From a virus (taxonomy: Duplodnaviria; Caudoviricetes), in IMG/VR virus record IMGVR_UViG_3300035520_001075, positions 93,484 through 157,483 of that record: a stretch of 64,000 bases of DNA; one strand, given 5' to 3'. The notes under the pieces were generated by a model. The model had not been told where the DNA came from, made no database searches, and was given only the letters and a program-made list of their open reading frames with translations. The translations under genes were made by a program, and so were the position numbers. Positions 22,355-30,310 of this stretch are shown piece by piece; positions within the stretch are counted from its first letter, which is position 1; every line of letters starts with the position of its first letter.

Positions 22355-23395
22355 ATGAATACAGCTATATTAATATTAATTTGCTTTGCTTGTGCGATTG
22401 GCGGTGCAGGGCTATTAGAAATTGCTTATCTGTTATTGCCTTTTAAGAAGACAAAATAGAACTTTTCTGATGAATAGGAAGCAGTAATTAAAGGCTTGAC
22501 TAAGAAAAAAGATTCTTATGAAAAAGAAATTACCGCAGAAATTTAGAATAATATTAGAGAAATTAAAGAGGAAGAAAAAAATCTTAAAGAGCATTTCGAG
22601 GAAAAACAATTTCAGCACGATAGAGCTATTGAAGAGCTTGAAATTCATTATAAGAAAAAGCAAGATGCTCTTAATGCTTTAGAAGAAGCTGCCGCAAAAG
22701 AAAGACATAATGATTTATCTAAGAAAATTGCCGATGAACAAGCAGCGGCTACTGTAGAATTAGGAAAAATCCAGCAAGATTATAAAGATAAAAAAGATGA
22801 AATAGAAAATGATTTTTTTCAATTCAGCGAGCAAATAAATTCTCAAAGGGCGACTCTTGAAGAAGAGCTTAGGCAATATCAGCAACAGCAAAAAGAAGTT
22901 ATTGCTCGCTTTAAAAAAGATGAGGAAATTAGACAACAAAGAGATTTTTACCATATTACTATTACTGAAAATGCAAAACGAGATATTAAGAAATTAAAAG
23001 ATTTGGCTCTTGAATTTTCTAAGCCAGAAGCCTTGTACAAAGTTATCTATGATGTTTACTATAAAAGTAAAGTTGAAGAGCTTTTTGATAGGGTATTAGG
23101 AGATAATAAAGATAAAGGTGGTATTTATAAGATTACTAATATTAATAATGAAAAAGCCTATGTTGGTAGAACTATTAACTTCAAAAATCGTTTCAAGGAA
23201 CACGTTAAACGAGGTTGTGGGCTTGACGTAATTAATGGTAGAATTTATGATGTAATGTTTAATGAGGGCATAGAAAATTTTTCTTTTGAAGTAATAGAAG
23301 TTTGTGATAGAAGTGAGCAAGCCGCAAAAGAAAAATATTGGATTAATTTCTATGGAACATTAAGCTATGGATATAATTCTCGACAAGGCGGCTAA
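22355..23395 (+). CDS. TM anchor - coiled coil - GIY-YIG nuclease, 346 aa; TAG at 22457, 22475, 22544
   Basis: GGAGG RBS at 22346; open frame apart from three TAGs; C-terminal GIYKITN..YVG motif. Confidence 0.8.
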
Positions 23396-23564
23396 GCTAA
23401 AAAGATTTTACTTTTTCTATAAACTATGATATAATTATTATAGTAAATGAGAAAGAGAGGATTAAAAGAATGATGACGATTATTGTTATAGTAATAGCAT
23501 TCTTATTACTTTATAACTTTTATAATTTTTTATTTGATTTATTTTTCTAAGGAGGAAAACATAT

Positions 23565-23810
23565 ATGTTTAATAGAATTGAGCTTGGTGGAATGACTGAT
23601 ATTAAGGACTTTGTTAAAGTTTGTGAATCGGTTGAAGGGAAAGTTGAACTTGTATCTAAGAAAAATGGGTATAGAGTTAATGGTAAATCAATCGTTGGTG
23701 CAATTGCGAGTTTGGAGTTTGATGACCTTTGGGTTTATTCAGAAGAGGACATCTATAGTAAAATTGAAAGATGGGTTATTACAGATGATAGTGTAAGTAT
23801 TCATAGCTAA
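23565..23810 (+). CDS. HPr-like protein
   Basis: DIKDFVK...VNGKSIVGAIASL, clostridial HPr-like pattern; no His15. Confidence 0.65.
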   Translation: MFNRIELGGMTDIKDFVKVCESVEGKVELVSKKNGYRVNGKSIVGAIASLEFDDLWVYSEEDIYSKIERWVITDDSVSIHS

Positions 23811-23836
23811 TATTACGTAAATAGGAGAAATAATTA

Positions 23837-24784
23837 TTGATTAAAATTATTGAACTCTTTTCAGGCGTTGGCACACAAATAAGAGCTTTTAAGAACGTCT
23901 ATGATGACGTTGAATCAATTGGGATTAGTGAAATTGATAAGAGAGCTATTAAAGCCTATAATATTTTAAATTCTGAAACGAAAAATTTTGGAGATATTAC
24001 AAAGATAGAATCCTTACCAATTTCTGATGTCTGGACTTATTCATTTCCTTGCACTGATTTGTCCATTGCAGGAAAGCAGAAGGGTTTTCAAGGAGAAAAT
24101 TCCTCACTGCTTTATCAGGTTAAGAGATTGTTAATAAACTCTAATAAACCTAAAATTCTAATAATGGAAAATGTTGCTAATTTGTTAAGTCCTAAATTTT
24201 ATGATGACTTTTCTGATTGGGTTTCTTTTTTAGCATCATTGGGCTATGCTAATTCTTGGACTAAAGTTAGAGCTTGTGATTATGGAGGACTATCTATACG
24301 AAATAGGGTCTATATGGTTTCTGTTTTGGGAGACAGAGGATTAATTTTTCCACAAAATTTTACAAGTAAAACTATCGTTAAAGATATTCTTTTGCCGCCA
24401 CAACCAGAATTCTTAGTTGATAGTGATACTTCTTTATATCATGAAATAGAACCTAACTATGGCAATTCAATTCGTATTGGAAATCTTCAAGGCAAAGAAG
24501 GACAGGGCAACAGAATTTATTCAATTTTTGGTCAAGCTATTACTTTAACTTCTAATGGAGGAGGTAAAGCTGGCTCAAGTGGCGGCTTATATGCACGAGA
24601 AACAGGAATTTATAAACTAAGTGGAATTGAAATGATGAGGATAATGGGCTGGAGTTTAGAAGATTCTATTAAGCTGAATAGTGAAATGAGTTATAGGGCT
24701 GTTGGATTTTTAATGGGGAACTCTATAGATTTAACAGTATTAACCCGAATTGTAGAACAAATTAAAGCATTAGGGCTATTATAA
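23837..24784 (+). CDS. DNA (cytosine-5)-methyltransferase
   Basis: FSGVG, FPC, ENV, RNR and GNS motifs. Confidence 0.9.
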   Translation: MIKIIELFSGVGTQIRAFKNVYDDVESIGISEIDKRAIKAYNILNSETKNFGDITKIESLPISDVWTYSFPCTDLSIAGKQKGFQGENSSLLYQVKRLLINSNKPKILIMENVANLLSPKFYDDFSDWVSFLASLGYANSWTKVRACDYGGLSIRNRVYMVSVLGDRGLIFPQNFTSKTIVKDILLPPQPEFLVDSDTSLYHEIEPNYGNSIRIGNLQGKEGQGNRIYSIFGQAITLTSNGGGKAGSSGGLYARETGIYKLSGIEMMRIMGWSLEDSIKLNSEMSYRAVGFLMGNSIDLTVLTRIVEQIKALGLL

Positions 24785-24795
24785 AGGAGAACTAA

Positions 24796-25098
24796 ATGAA
24801 AATTACCCCTGAAATTGCAGAGCAAATTAATAAATTATATAGGGAAATTGGGGTTAAAAGCCAAGTAGCGAAGATAATAGGTTGTTCTCCATCTACTGTT
24901 TCAAGATATATTGTTGAAGACTATGTAGAAAACACAACGCCTATTGCTGGCTTTTCAAAATCAATTAGTAATTGCGATAGTTTTAAAGCTATTATAACTG
25001 AACTTGGCGGCGGAGCTATAGGTTTTTGTAAAGCTTGTAATTTAACAGAAGCAGAAAAATTAGATTTATTAGAACTTCAAAAGGAGATTTGTCTATGA
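24796..25098 (+). CDS. HTH DNA-binding protein
   Basis: SQVAKIIGCSPSTVSRY helix-turn-helix. Confidence 0.65.
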   Translation: MKITPEIAEQINKLYREIGVKSQVAKIIGCSPSTVSRYIVEDYVENTTPIAGFSKSISNCDSFKAIITELGGGAIGFCKACNLTEAEKLDLLELQKEICL

Positions 25099-25394
25099 AG
25101 TTTATACCTCAAGAGACTTATACCAATGAATATATGATTGGAATTGATGAAAGTCCTTTCAGAGAAGATAAAAATTATTGCTATACAAGTTCTTACTGGG
25201 TTCTACAAGCACGCCTGTTAGGCTTAACCTATCCAGATTACCTACGTTATCTGCGTTCAAAAGGGGCTAAGTTAAAAGGAAAATGTGGTTATAGCTCTGC
25301 GGCTTTTGTAGAAAAAAGCAGTGCTTTGGAGATTTGCAAGATTTTGAATAAAGAATGGGATAAGATGGAAGATTTCTTTAGACTTAATTCATAA
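25095..25394 (+). CDS. Hypothetical protein
   Basis: AAGGAG RBS; ATGA overlap with the upstream gene. Confidence 0.7.
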   Translation: MKFIPQETYTNEYMIGIDESPFREDKNYCYTSSYWVLQARLLGLTYPDYLRYLRSKGAKLKGKCGYSSAAFVEKSSALEICKILNKEWDKMEDFFRLNS

Positions 25395-25484
25395 TAAAAC
25401 TCACTTAAAAAGTAGGAGAATTTTCTCCTACTTTTATTTTTATATAAAAATAAAGAAAAATAATTAAAAGGAGATGATTAAGTT

Positions 25485-26027
25485 ATGGCTATAGCAGACC
25501 TTGTATATCCATCAGACCTTAACGGATATTATTGCTGCCCTCCAACAAAGAAGGCATCTACATCAACTGATTCAACAGCAAGTTCAACAACAACAAATTG
25601 CAACTGTCAGCCTCCAGAGTATCCATATCCATACCCACCATTTGGCTATCCATACCCTCCAGTGCCGCCACAGTCAGAAATAAAGATTAAAAAGAATTCT
25701 GTTGAATCTCAGATTTGCAAGTTATCAAAGAAATCTGCTGTTATTAAGAAAATGATAGAAGATTTTGAAGATAAAAATAAAGATGCTATACTGAAAATCG
25801 GAGCTTCGACATATAATTTTGGAAGTTTTTCTGTGATTACAGTAGAAGATGATGGCTCTAAATCAGAGGACGAATCTGTTTACGGCGAAACAATTCTCAC
25901 AGACCTCCTTAAAAAAGAGCTTGAAGCTATCAAGACTAAGCTTGTAGAACTTACAAGTGAACTCGAAGATGAGGTTGGGGAATCAACAACCGTTGAAACA
26001 ACTGAAAAGACAATAACTCAGTCATGA
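25485..26027 (+). CDS. Hypothetical protein with Cys/Pro/Tyr-rich N-terminus
   Basis: PPEYPYPYPPFGYPYPP segment; AGGAG RBS. Confidence 0.7.
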   Translation: MAIADLVYPSDLNGYYCCPPTKKASTSTDSTASSTTTNCNCQPPEYPYPYPPFGYPYPPVPPQSEIKIKKNSVESQICKLSKKSAVIKKMIEDFEDKNKDAILKIGASTYNFGSFSVITVEDDGSKSEDESVYGETILTDLLKKELEAIKTKLVELTSELEDEVGESTTVETTEKTITQS

Positions 26028-26118
26028 GGATATAAGTCAGGGGTTTATTAGCCCTTGACTTTTTTTATTTATTATGGTATAATTATTATAGAAAATAAAG
26101 AAAAGGAATGATTGCGGT

Positions 26119-26400
26119 ATGCTTACAAAAAGAACAGTTCCATATGAAGAAACAGAGAGAATACTTTTGTTTTTAAAACTTCTAAAATTAGAATATAGGA
26201 CTATTCGTATTAATAATTGCACAAGTGCTTTTCTTAGCTTTCTAAGAACAAGTGGTTTCCAGTATAACATAGGAAAAGATTCTAATCAGATTGAAATAGC
26301 AGGTAATACTATAGGTATTGTAGAGCTTGAATACACAGAAGAATCTTTAAAGAAGCGAATTAAATTTCATGAGTCTTTAATCCCAGATTTTCTTGAATAA
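26119..26400 (+). CDS. Hypothetical protein
   Basis: Promoter and RBS upstream. Confidence 0.65.
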   Translation: MLTKRTVPYEETERILLFLKLLKLEYRTIRINNCTSAFLSFLRTSGFQYNIGKDSNQIEIAGNTIGIVELEYTEESLKKRIKFHESLIPDFLE

Positions 26401-26428
26401 AATTATAAATGAACGGAGGAAAACCAAA

Positions 26429-26746
26429 ATGAAAATCTTTATAAGTCAGCCAATGAACGGCAGAACAGATGAACAAATCCTTAAAGAACGTGCAGAAACA
26501 GAAAATTTCCTACGAGAAAAGTTCAAAAAAGAAAAAGTTGACATAAGCATAATCAATTCTTTTATCACAAATGTAGACCCTAATGCTGGACCGCTTTACT
26601 ATCTTGGTCGTTCCATCTCTTTATTGGCGGCCGCCGATGCTATTTATTTTATAGGGGAATGGTATAATTCTCGTGGCTGTAGAATTGAGTATGATTGTGC
26701 TAAAGAATATGGAATTAAAATACTTGACTTTTCTAAAGAATCATGA
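26429..26746 (+). CDS. DUF4406/nucleoside deoxyribosyltransferase-like protein
   Basis: KIFISQPM.G...AD.IYF...W..SRGC.IE...A..YG. Confidence 0.7.
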   Translation: MKIFISQPMNGRTDEQILKERAETENFLREKFKKEKVDISIINSFITNVDPNAGPLYYLGRSISLLAAADAIYFIGEWYNSRGCRIEYDCAKEYGIKILDFSKES

Positions 26747-26778
26747 TATAATTATAGTATAATAAAAGGAGGGTTAAA

Positions 26779-27189
26779 ATGAAAGAAATAACTCTTAAAG
26801 AAGCTTGTAAAGCCGCAAAGAAAGCGACTTGCCGCATATCTAAAAAAGATAAAAAGCGTTATAAAGAATCTAAAAAATTCTATAAGAAAAATGGTTTCTA
26901 TTTTGAAGATAGCTGGAATCTTGATGCTTCAATTGCCGCTTTTATCTTACCTCGCTTAGTCCAATTGCGAGATGTGGGACAAGGCTGTCCAAGCTCTTTG
27001 GTAAATAATGATAAAAGCCCAAATCAAAATGAATGCCATATAGAATGGCGTAAAATATTGAACACGATGATAAATGGTTATTACTTATATTGTACAAAAG
27101 AACATTTTGATTGGAAAGAAAAAGATTTTGAACTTTGGAGACAAACAAAGCAGCTAACAATGCAATATTATGAATCTCTTTGGGACTAA
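26779..27189 (+). CDS. Hypothetical phage protein
   Basis: DSWNLD..IA.FILPRL...G.P...W..IL..M...YYESLWD; promoter and RBS. Confidence 0.7.
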   Translation: MKEITLKEACKAAKKATCRISKKDKKRYKESKKFYKKNGFYFEDSWNLDASIAAFILPRLVQLRDVGQGCPSSLVNNDKSPNQNECHIEWRKILNTMINGYYLYCTKEHFDWKEKDFELWRQTKQLTMQYYESLWD

Positions 27190-27257
27190 AATACTTTACT
27201 TTTATTCTCAATTATGATATAATAATTATAGTAAATTAAAGAAAGGAGGAAATAAAA

Positions 27258-27560
27258 ATGGGTGATGAAAAAGTTTTTCGTGTTGTAAAATCAAAATTCA
27301 TGATGAAAATAACTGAGCTTGAAGAAGTTGAAGCTAAAGATGAGAATGGTGAAACTACGAAAGAATTAAAAGTAATCAATTCTAAATGGATTCCAATGAG
27401 GGGTAAAGAATTTTCTGAGTCGATGAAAGAAGACTATGACAGAGGAATCAAGCATCAGATTACAATTGTAAAAGATGAACCAGATAAGTTCCAGTTCAAT
27501 CATATCTACATTCACGCTCTTGGAAAGAAAGCTTGGACTTATATTAAGAAAGAAGATTAA
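27258..27560 (+). CDS. Hypothetical protein
   Basis: Promoter and GGAGG RBS. Confidence 0.7.
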   Translation: MGDEKVFRVVKSKFMMKITELEEVEAKDENGETTKELKVINSKWIPMRGKEFSESMKEDYDRGIKHQITIVKDEPDKFQFNHIYIHALGKKAWTYIKKED

Positions 27561-27632
27561 AAAGTAAACTACTTTACTTTTTAAGAAAGTTATGGTATAA
27601 TAATTATAGAAAAGTTAAAGGAGGGAAAGCAA

Positions 27633-27758
27633 ATGGGAAAAGAAACAACATATGAAGTGGTTTGTGAAAAGTGTGGCAAAGTTTTTGAAGCTCATGATGA
27701 GAATTGTGTGCTTTGTAATGATTGCTGGGAAAAAATAATTGAAGATGAAGGAAAGTAA
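27633..27758 (+). CDS. Small zinc-ribbon protein, 41 aa, not in the ORF track
   Basis: GGAGG RBS; CEKC...CNDC. Confidence 0.6.
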   Translation: MGKETTYEVVCEKCGKVFEAHDENCVLCNDCWEKIIEDEGK

Positions 27759-27835
27759 ACTACTTTACTTTTTAAGAAAAATATGATATAATTATTATAG
27801 TAAAGATAAAAAAGAGTTTTATCTTTACTTTAGAT

Positions 27836-27910
27836 TTGGGATTAGTTTAGTCAGTAAAACGCAAGACTTTGGATCTTGAATGGTGTGAGCGTAGCATACA
27901 TCCCAAGCCA
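27836..27910 (+). tRNA. tRNA-Gln(TTG)
   Basis: TTGGGAT/ATCCCAA acceptor plus G-CCA; anticodon arm CAAGA-CTTTGGA-TCTTG; atypical T-loop AGCGTAG. Confidence 0.8.
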
Positions 27911-27966
27911 CTAAAAATTTTTCTTAAAGAAAGAAGCTAAATTAAATTAGCGTATACTTAATATAT

Positions 27967-28106
27967 TGGCAGGTAGACGAATTGGTAAAGTCCTCGGTCG
28001 GCTTATAAAAAGTTTTGGCAGGGGCAGTACCTGCATAAGCCACCATCTAAAACCGAAGACGGAAGGGAGACCTTCCATAGGAGTTCGAAGCTCCTCCTGC
28101 CAGCCA
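27967..28106 (+). tRNA. Amber suppressor tRNA (CTA), interrupted by a 46-nt insert between positions 32 and 33
   Basis: TGGCAGG/CCTGCCA plus G-CCA; D-arm GAC..GTC; anticodon stem TCGGT/ACCGA with loop C|TCTAAA; long variable arm GGAAGG-GAGA-CCTTCC; T-arm AGGAG-TTCGAAG-CTCCT. Confidence 0.9.
28000..28045 (+). other. Nested mini-tRNA intervening sequence inside the suppressor anticodon loop
   Basis: GGCTTAT(7)-AAAAAGTTTTG-GCAGG-GGCAGTA-CCTGC-ATAAGCC-A-CCA: perfect acceptor stem, 5-bp/7-nt T-arm and ACCA end. Confidence 0.85.
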
Positions 28107-28133
28107 TAGTACTTTTTTGAAAGGAGAATTATA

Positions 28134-28793
28134 ATGAGAACATAGAAGTGTAATATTTGTGGAGAAGTTAAACCAATTGAAGATTTTTATTTTCGCAAAG
28201 ATTTAAACACATACCGAAAAAATTGTAAAGAATGCCATAACAGAGGTAGGTCTAAGAAAAATAAGAAAGGCGGCTCATGTGGAATTTACAAAATAGTCAA
28301 CAATATTAATCACAAAGTTTATATTGGACAGTCAATTAATATTGAAAAAAGAATTGCTAAACACCAAAGTATGGCAAAAAGCGGAGGTGAAATGCCGTTA
28401 TATTGTGATATTAGAAAGTATGGTGTTGAAAATTTCTCATTTGAAATTATTGAATTATGTGATAAAGATTCTTTAGATAAAAAAGAAAGAGAATATATAA
28501 TTCAATATCAAAGTTTAGTATCTCAAAATGGATATAACATTGATGAAGGTGGACAGAAAGGTCGAAATTATCACCCAGAAAGTGATGGAATGGCTAAATT
28601 AAACTGGGACATGGTTCATCAAATTAAACAGCAGCTAATAATAGGCACTCCAAAAAGAGAATTAGCTGAACAATTTGGCGTATCAGTTTATGCAATTGAT
28701 GATATAAATAGAGGTAAGTCTTGGAAAGAAGACGATTTAATATATCCAATTTATAGTTTTCAAAAACATAAGTCAAACAATCCAATTGTTTGA
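28134..28793 (+). CDS. Zn-finger + GIY-YIG endonuclease + C-terminal HTH, 219 aa, TAG at codon 4
   Basis: AAGGAG RBS. MRT[Q]KCNIC...CKEC...GIYKIVN..VYIGQS, in frame with track ORF 28371-28793. Confidence 0.8.
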
Positions 28794-28850
28794 CTTCTAT
28801 AGTAAATTATGATATAATTATTATAGAAAGTTAAAAGAAAGGACTTAAAA

Positions 28851-29105
28851 ATGATTATTTCCGTAAAATTTAAAGATAAAAATAAAATCTTTAAAGGTCG
28901 TTCATACGATTATAAGCTTAATAGTGATGAACGAATTCCAAAAGTTGGTTCAATAATACGAATGATGAACAATGACTATTCTTTCCGCTGTAATGGAACA
29001 AGAGTTAGAGTTGAAAATGTTCGTAAAGAATCAATTGAAGATAGCGGGCTTGAAGAAATTCGTTATTTGGAATCTTCATTAGAAGAGCCAAGCTTTACTT
29101 TATAA
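28851..29105 (+). CDS. Hypothetical protein
   Basis: Promoter and RBS. Confidence 0.65.
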   Translation: MIISVKFKDKNKIFKGRSYDYKLNSDERIPKVGSIIRMMNNDYSFRCNGTRVRVENVRKESIEDSGLEEIRYLESSLEEPSFTL

Positions 29106-29147
29106 CAAAATTGTGGTATAATTATTATAGTAAGTGAGGAAAGCAAA

Positions 29148-29294
29148 ATGATTGAATTTCTTTACTTCGCCGCAAAAGCATTGATTATTATATTTGGCAT
29201 GAAATATTTGTCGAATGTGTTGATAGCTTTGTTTACTGGCGAAAAATTTAAGTCTAAAATTTTTAACACTTCTCATTTTAAAGATGAGGATTAA
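29148..29294 (+). CDS. Small membrane protein, 48 aa, not in the ORF track
   Basis: Promoter, GAGG RBS and hydrophobic N-terminus. Confidence 0.5.
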   Translation: MIEFLYFAAKALIIIFGMKYLSNVLIALFTGEKFKSKIFNTSHFKDED

Positions 29295-29303
29295 CTAAGC
29301 TAA

Positions 29304-29407
29304 AAAGAGTAGTTAGTGTGATTTCCTTTGATTACGCATTCCTTTGTTAGTCTACATTTGTATTCCTCCAAGATATATACATGACACCATCGTACTAACT
29401 ACTCTTT
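29304..29407. ncRNA. Long stem-loop RNA element
   Basis: 14-bp perfect stem AAAGAGTAGTTAGT/ACTAACTACTCTTT, extendable to ~19 bp with G-U pairs. Confidence 0.4.
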
Positions 29408-29484
29408 ATATAAATAGAACAATAGTAGTTTGTTGTAAATATTGTTCGCTCACCGTTGGCGACTAATAAATATACGGTTTAAAT

Positions 29485-29552
29485 GCCATTATAGTGTAGT
29501 GGAAAGCACGGGAAATATTTCTATTGTGCCAGTTCGATTCTGGCTAATGGCA
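29485..29552 (+). ncRNA. tRNA-like RNA lacking an anticodon loop
   Basis: GCCATTA/TAATGGC acceptor, normal D-arm and T-arm (GCCAG-TTCGATT-CTGGC). Anticodon arm is only 12 nt (GGAAATATTTCT). No CCA. Confidence 0.7.
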
Positions 29553-29916
29553 AACTTAGGTCGGAGTCGCAGAAATTCCTTACCCTGTAGATAAAAGTTA
29601 AAAATATTCGGCGGCAAAATTTAGGAAGTTTTTATTTTGCTTCAAAGAAAAACACAAAGCTTTTGGTTTTTTGGTGATTAGTACTGGTTCACCTTTGCAG
29701 GTTCCTTAAAAAAATAAAAAACAGTACTACGGTGCGTATTCTGTATCAAATGCGTGAGTTTAGTTTCAACTCGGAGGGAAACTACTGAGGACGCTCAGGG
29801 TTATAGTACTATAATTTTCTCTAAAGATTCAGGTTTAGCTTCTGCAGAAGCCCTATCTAATCTTTAGAACTTTTAGTGTCGTGGCGAAAGGGCACTATAA
29901 AACTTCTTCGCCTCAT
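29553..29916 (+). ncRNA. Putative structured ncRNA between two tRNA-like elements
   Basis: No credible ORF. Stems: TAGTACTG/CAGTACTA, TAGTTTC/GAAACTA, CTGAG/CTCAG, TCTAAAGATT/AATCTTTAGA, TAGTGTC/GGCACTA, and long-range GAAGTTTT/AAAACTTC. Confidence 0.45.
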
Positions 29917-29990
29917 GACTCATTGGTCAAGTGGTTAAGACGCTATCATTTATGATAGAATCACGGGTTCGTTCCCCGTATGAGTTTCCA
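29917..29990 (+). ncRNA. tRNA-like RNA (Glu-like body) with an aberrant 6-nt anticodon loop
   Basis: GACTCAT/ATGAGTT plus T-CCA; D-arm GTCAAGTGGTTAAGAC; anticodon arm CTATC-ATTTAT-GATAG; T-arm ACGGG-TTCGTTC-CCCGT. Confidence 0.7.
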
Positions 29991-30044
29991 AACCCTTTTA
30001 AAATAGGGAACTTAGAAATTAAAGTAAAGGAAGGTATAATACAA

Positions 30045-30170
30045 ATGGAAAAAGAAAGAGCAATTAAGGATTTACAGATTAGAATTGATATTTTAAGAGC
30101 TAAAGACCCAGTTAGTAATGCGAGAATTATTAAGAAGTTAGAAAGAAAAATTAGAAGCCTTGAAGGTTGA
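30045..30170 (+). CDS. Small basic protein, 41 aa
   Basis: AAGGAAGG RBS before ATG 30045. The longer track ORF overlaps the tRNA-like gene. Confidence 0.55.
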   Translation: MEKERAIKDLQIRIDILRAKDPVSNARIIKKLERKIRSLEG

Positions 30171-30310
30171 GAAAGGAGAAGAAGTCAAGAATTGAGCTAA
30201 AAATTCTTGACTCTTTTTTTTATTTTAGATTATGGGGCGGACGATATTTGACTTTTAACTTGGGTTATGATATAATTATTATAGTAAGTTAAGAGAGGAG
30301 AAAAAAAGTT

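Noticed and set aside
22433-22954. Minus-strand ORFs 22433 and 22760
   Set aside because: Shadows of the recoded + strand gene 22355-23395.
28000-28045. Group I intron or tmRNA fragment as the identity of the tRNA insert
   Set aside because: Only 46 nt with no ribozyme core, and inserted before U33 rather than after it. No G3-U70 pair and no tag ORF.
29943-29958. Ochre (TTA) or Lys (TTT) anticodon assignment for the tRNA-like gene
   Set aside because: The loop is 6 nt and self-complementary, so no anticodon can be assigned; TAA is clearly the main stop.
29931-30044. N-terminal part of track ORF 29931-30170
   Set aside because: Overlaps the tRNA-like gene; a better RBS and start exist at 30045.
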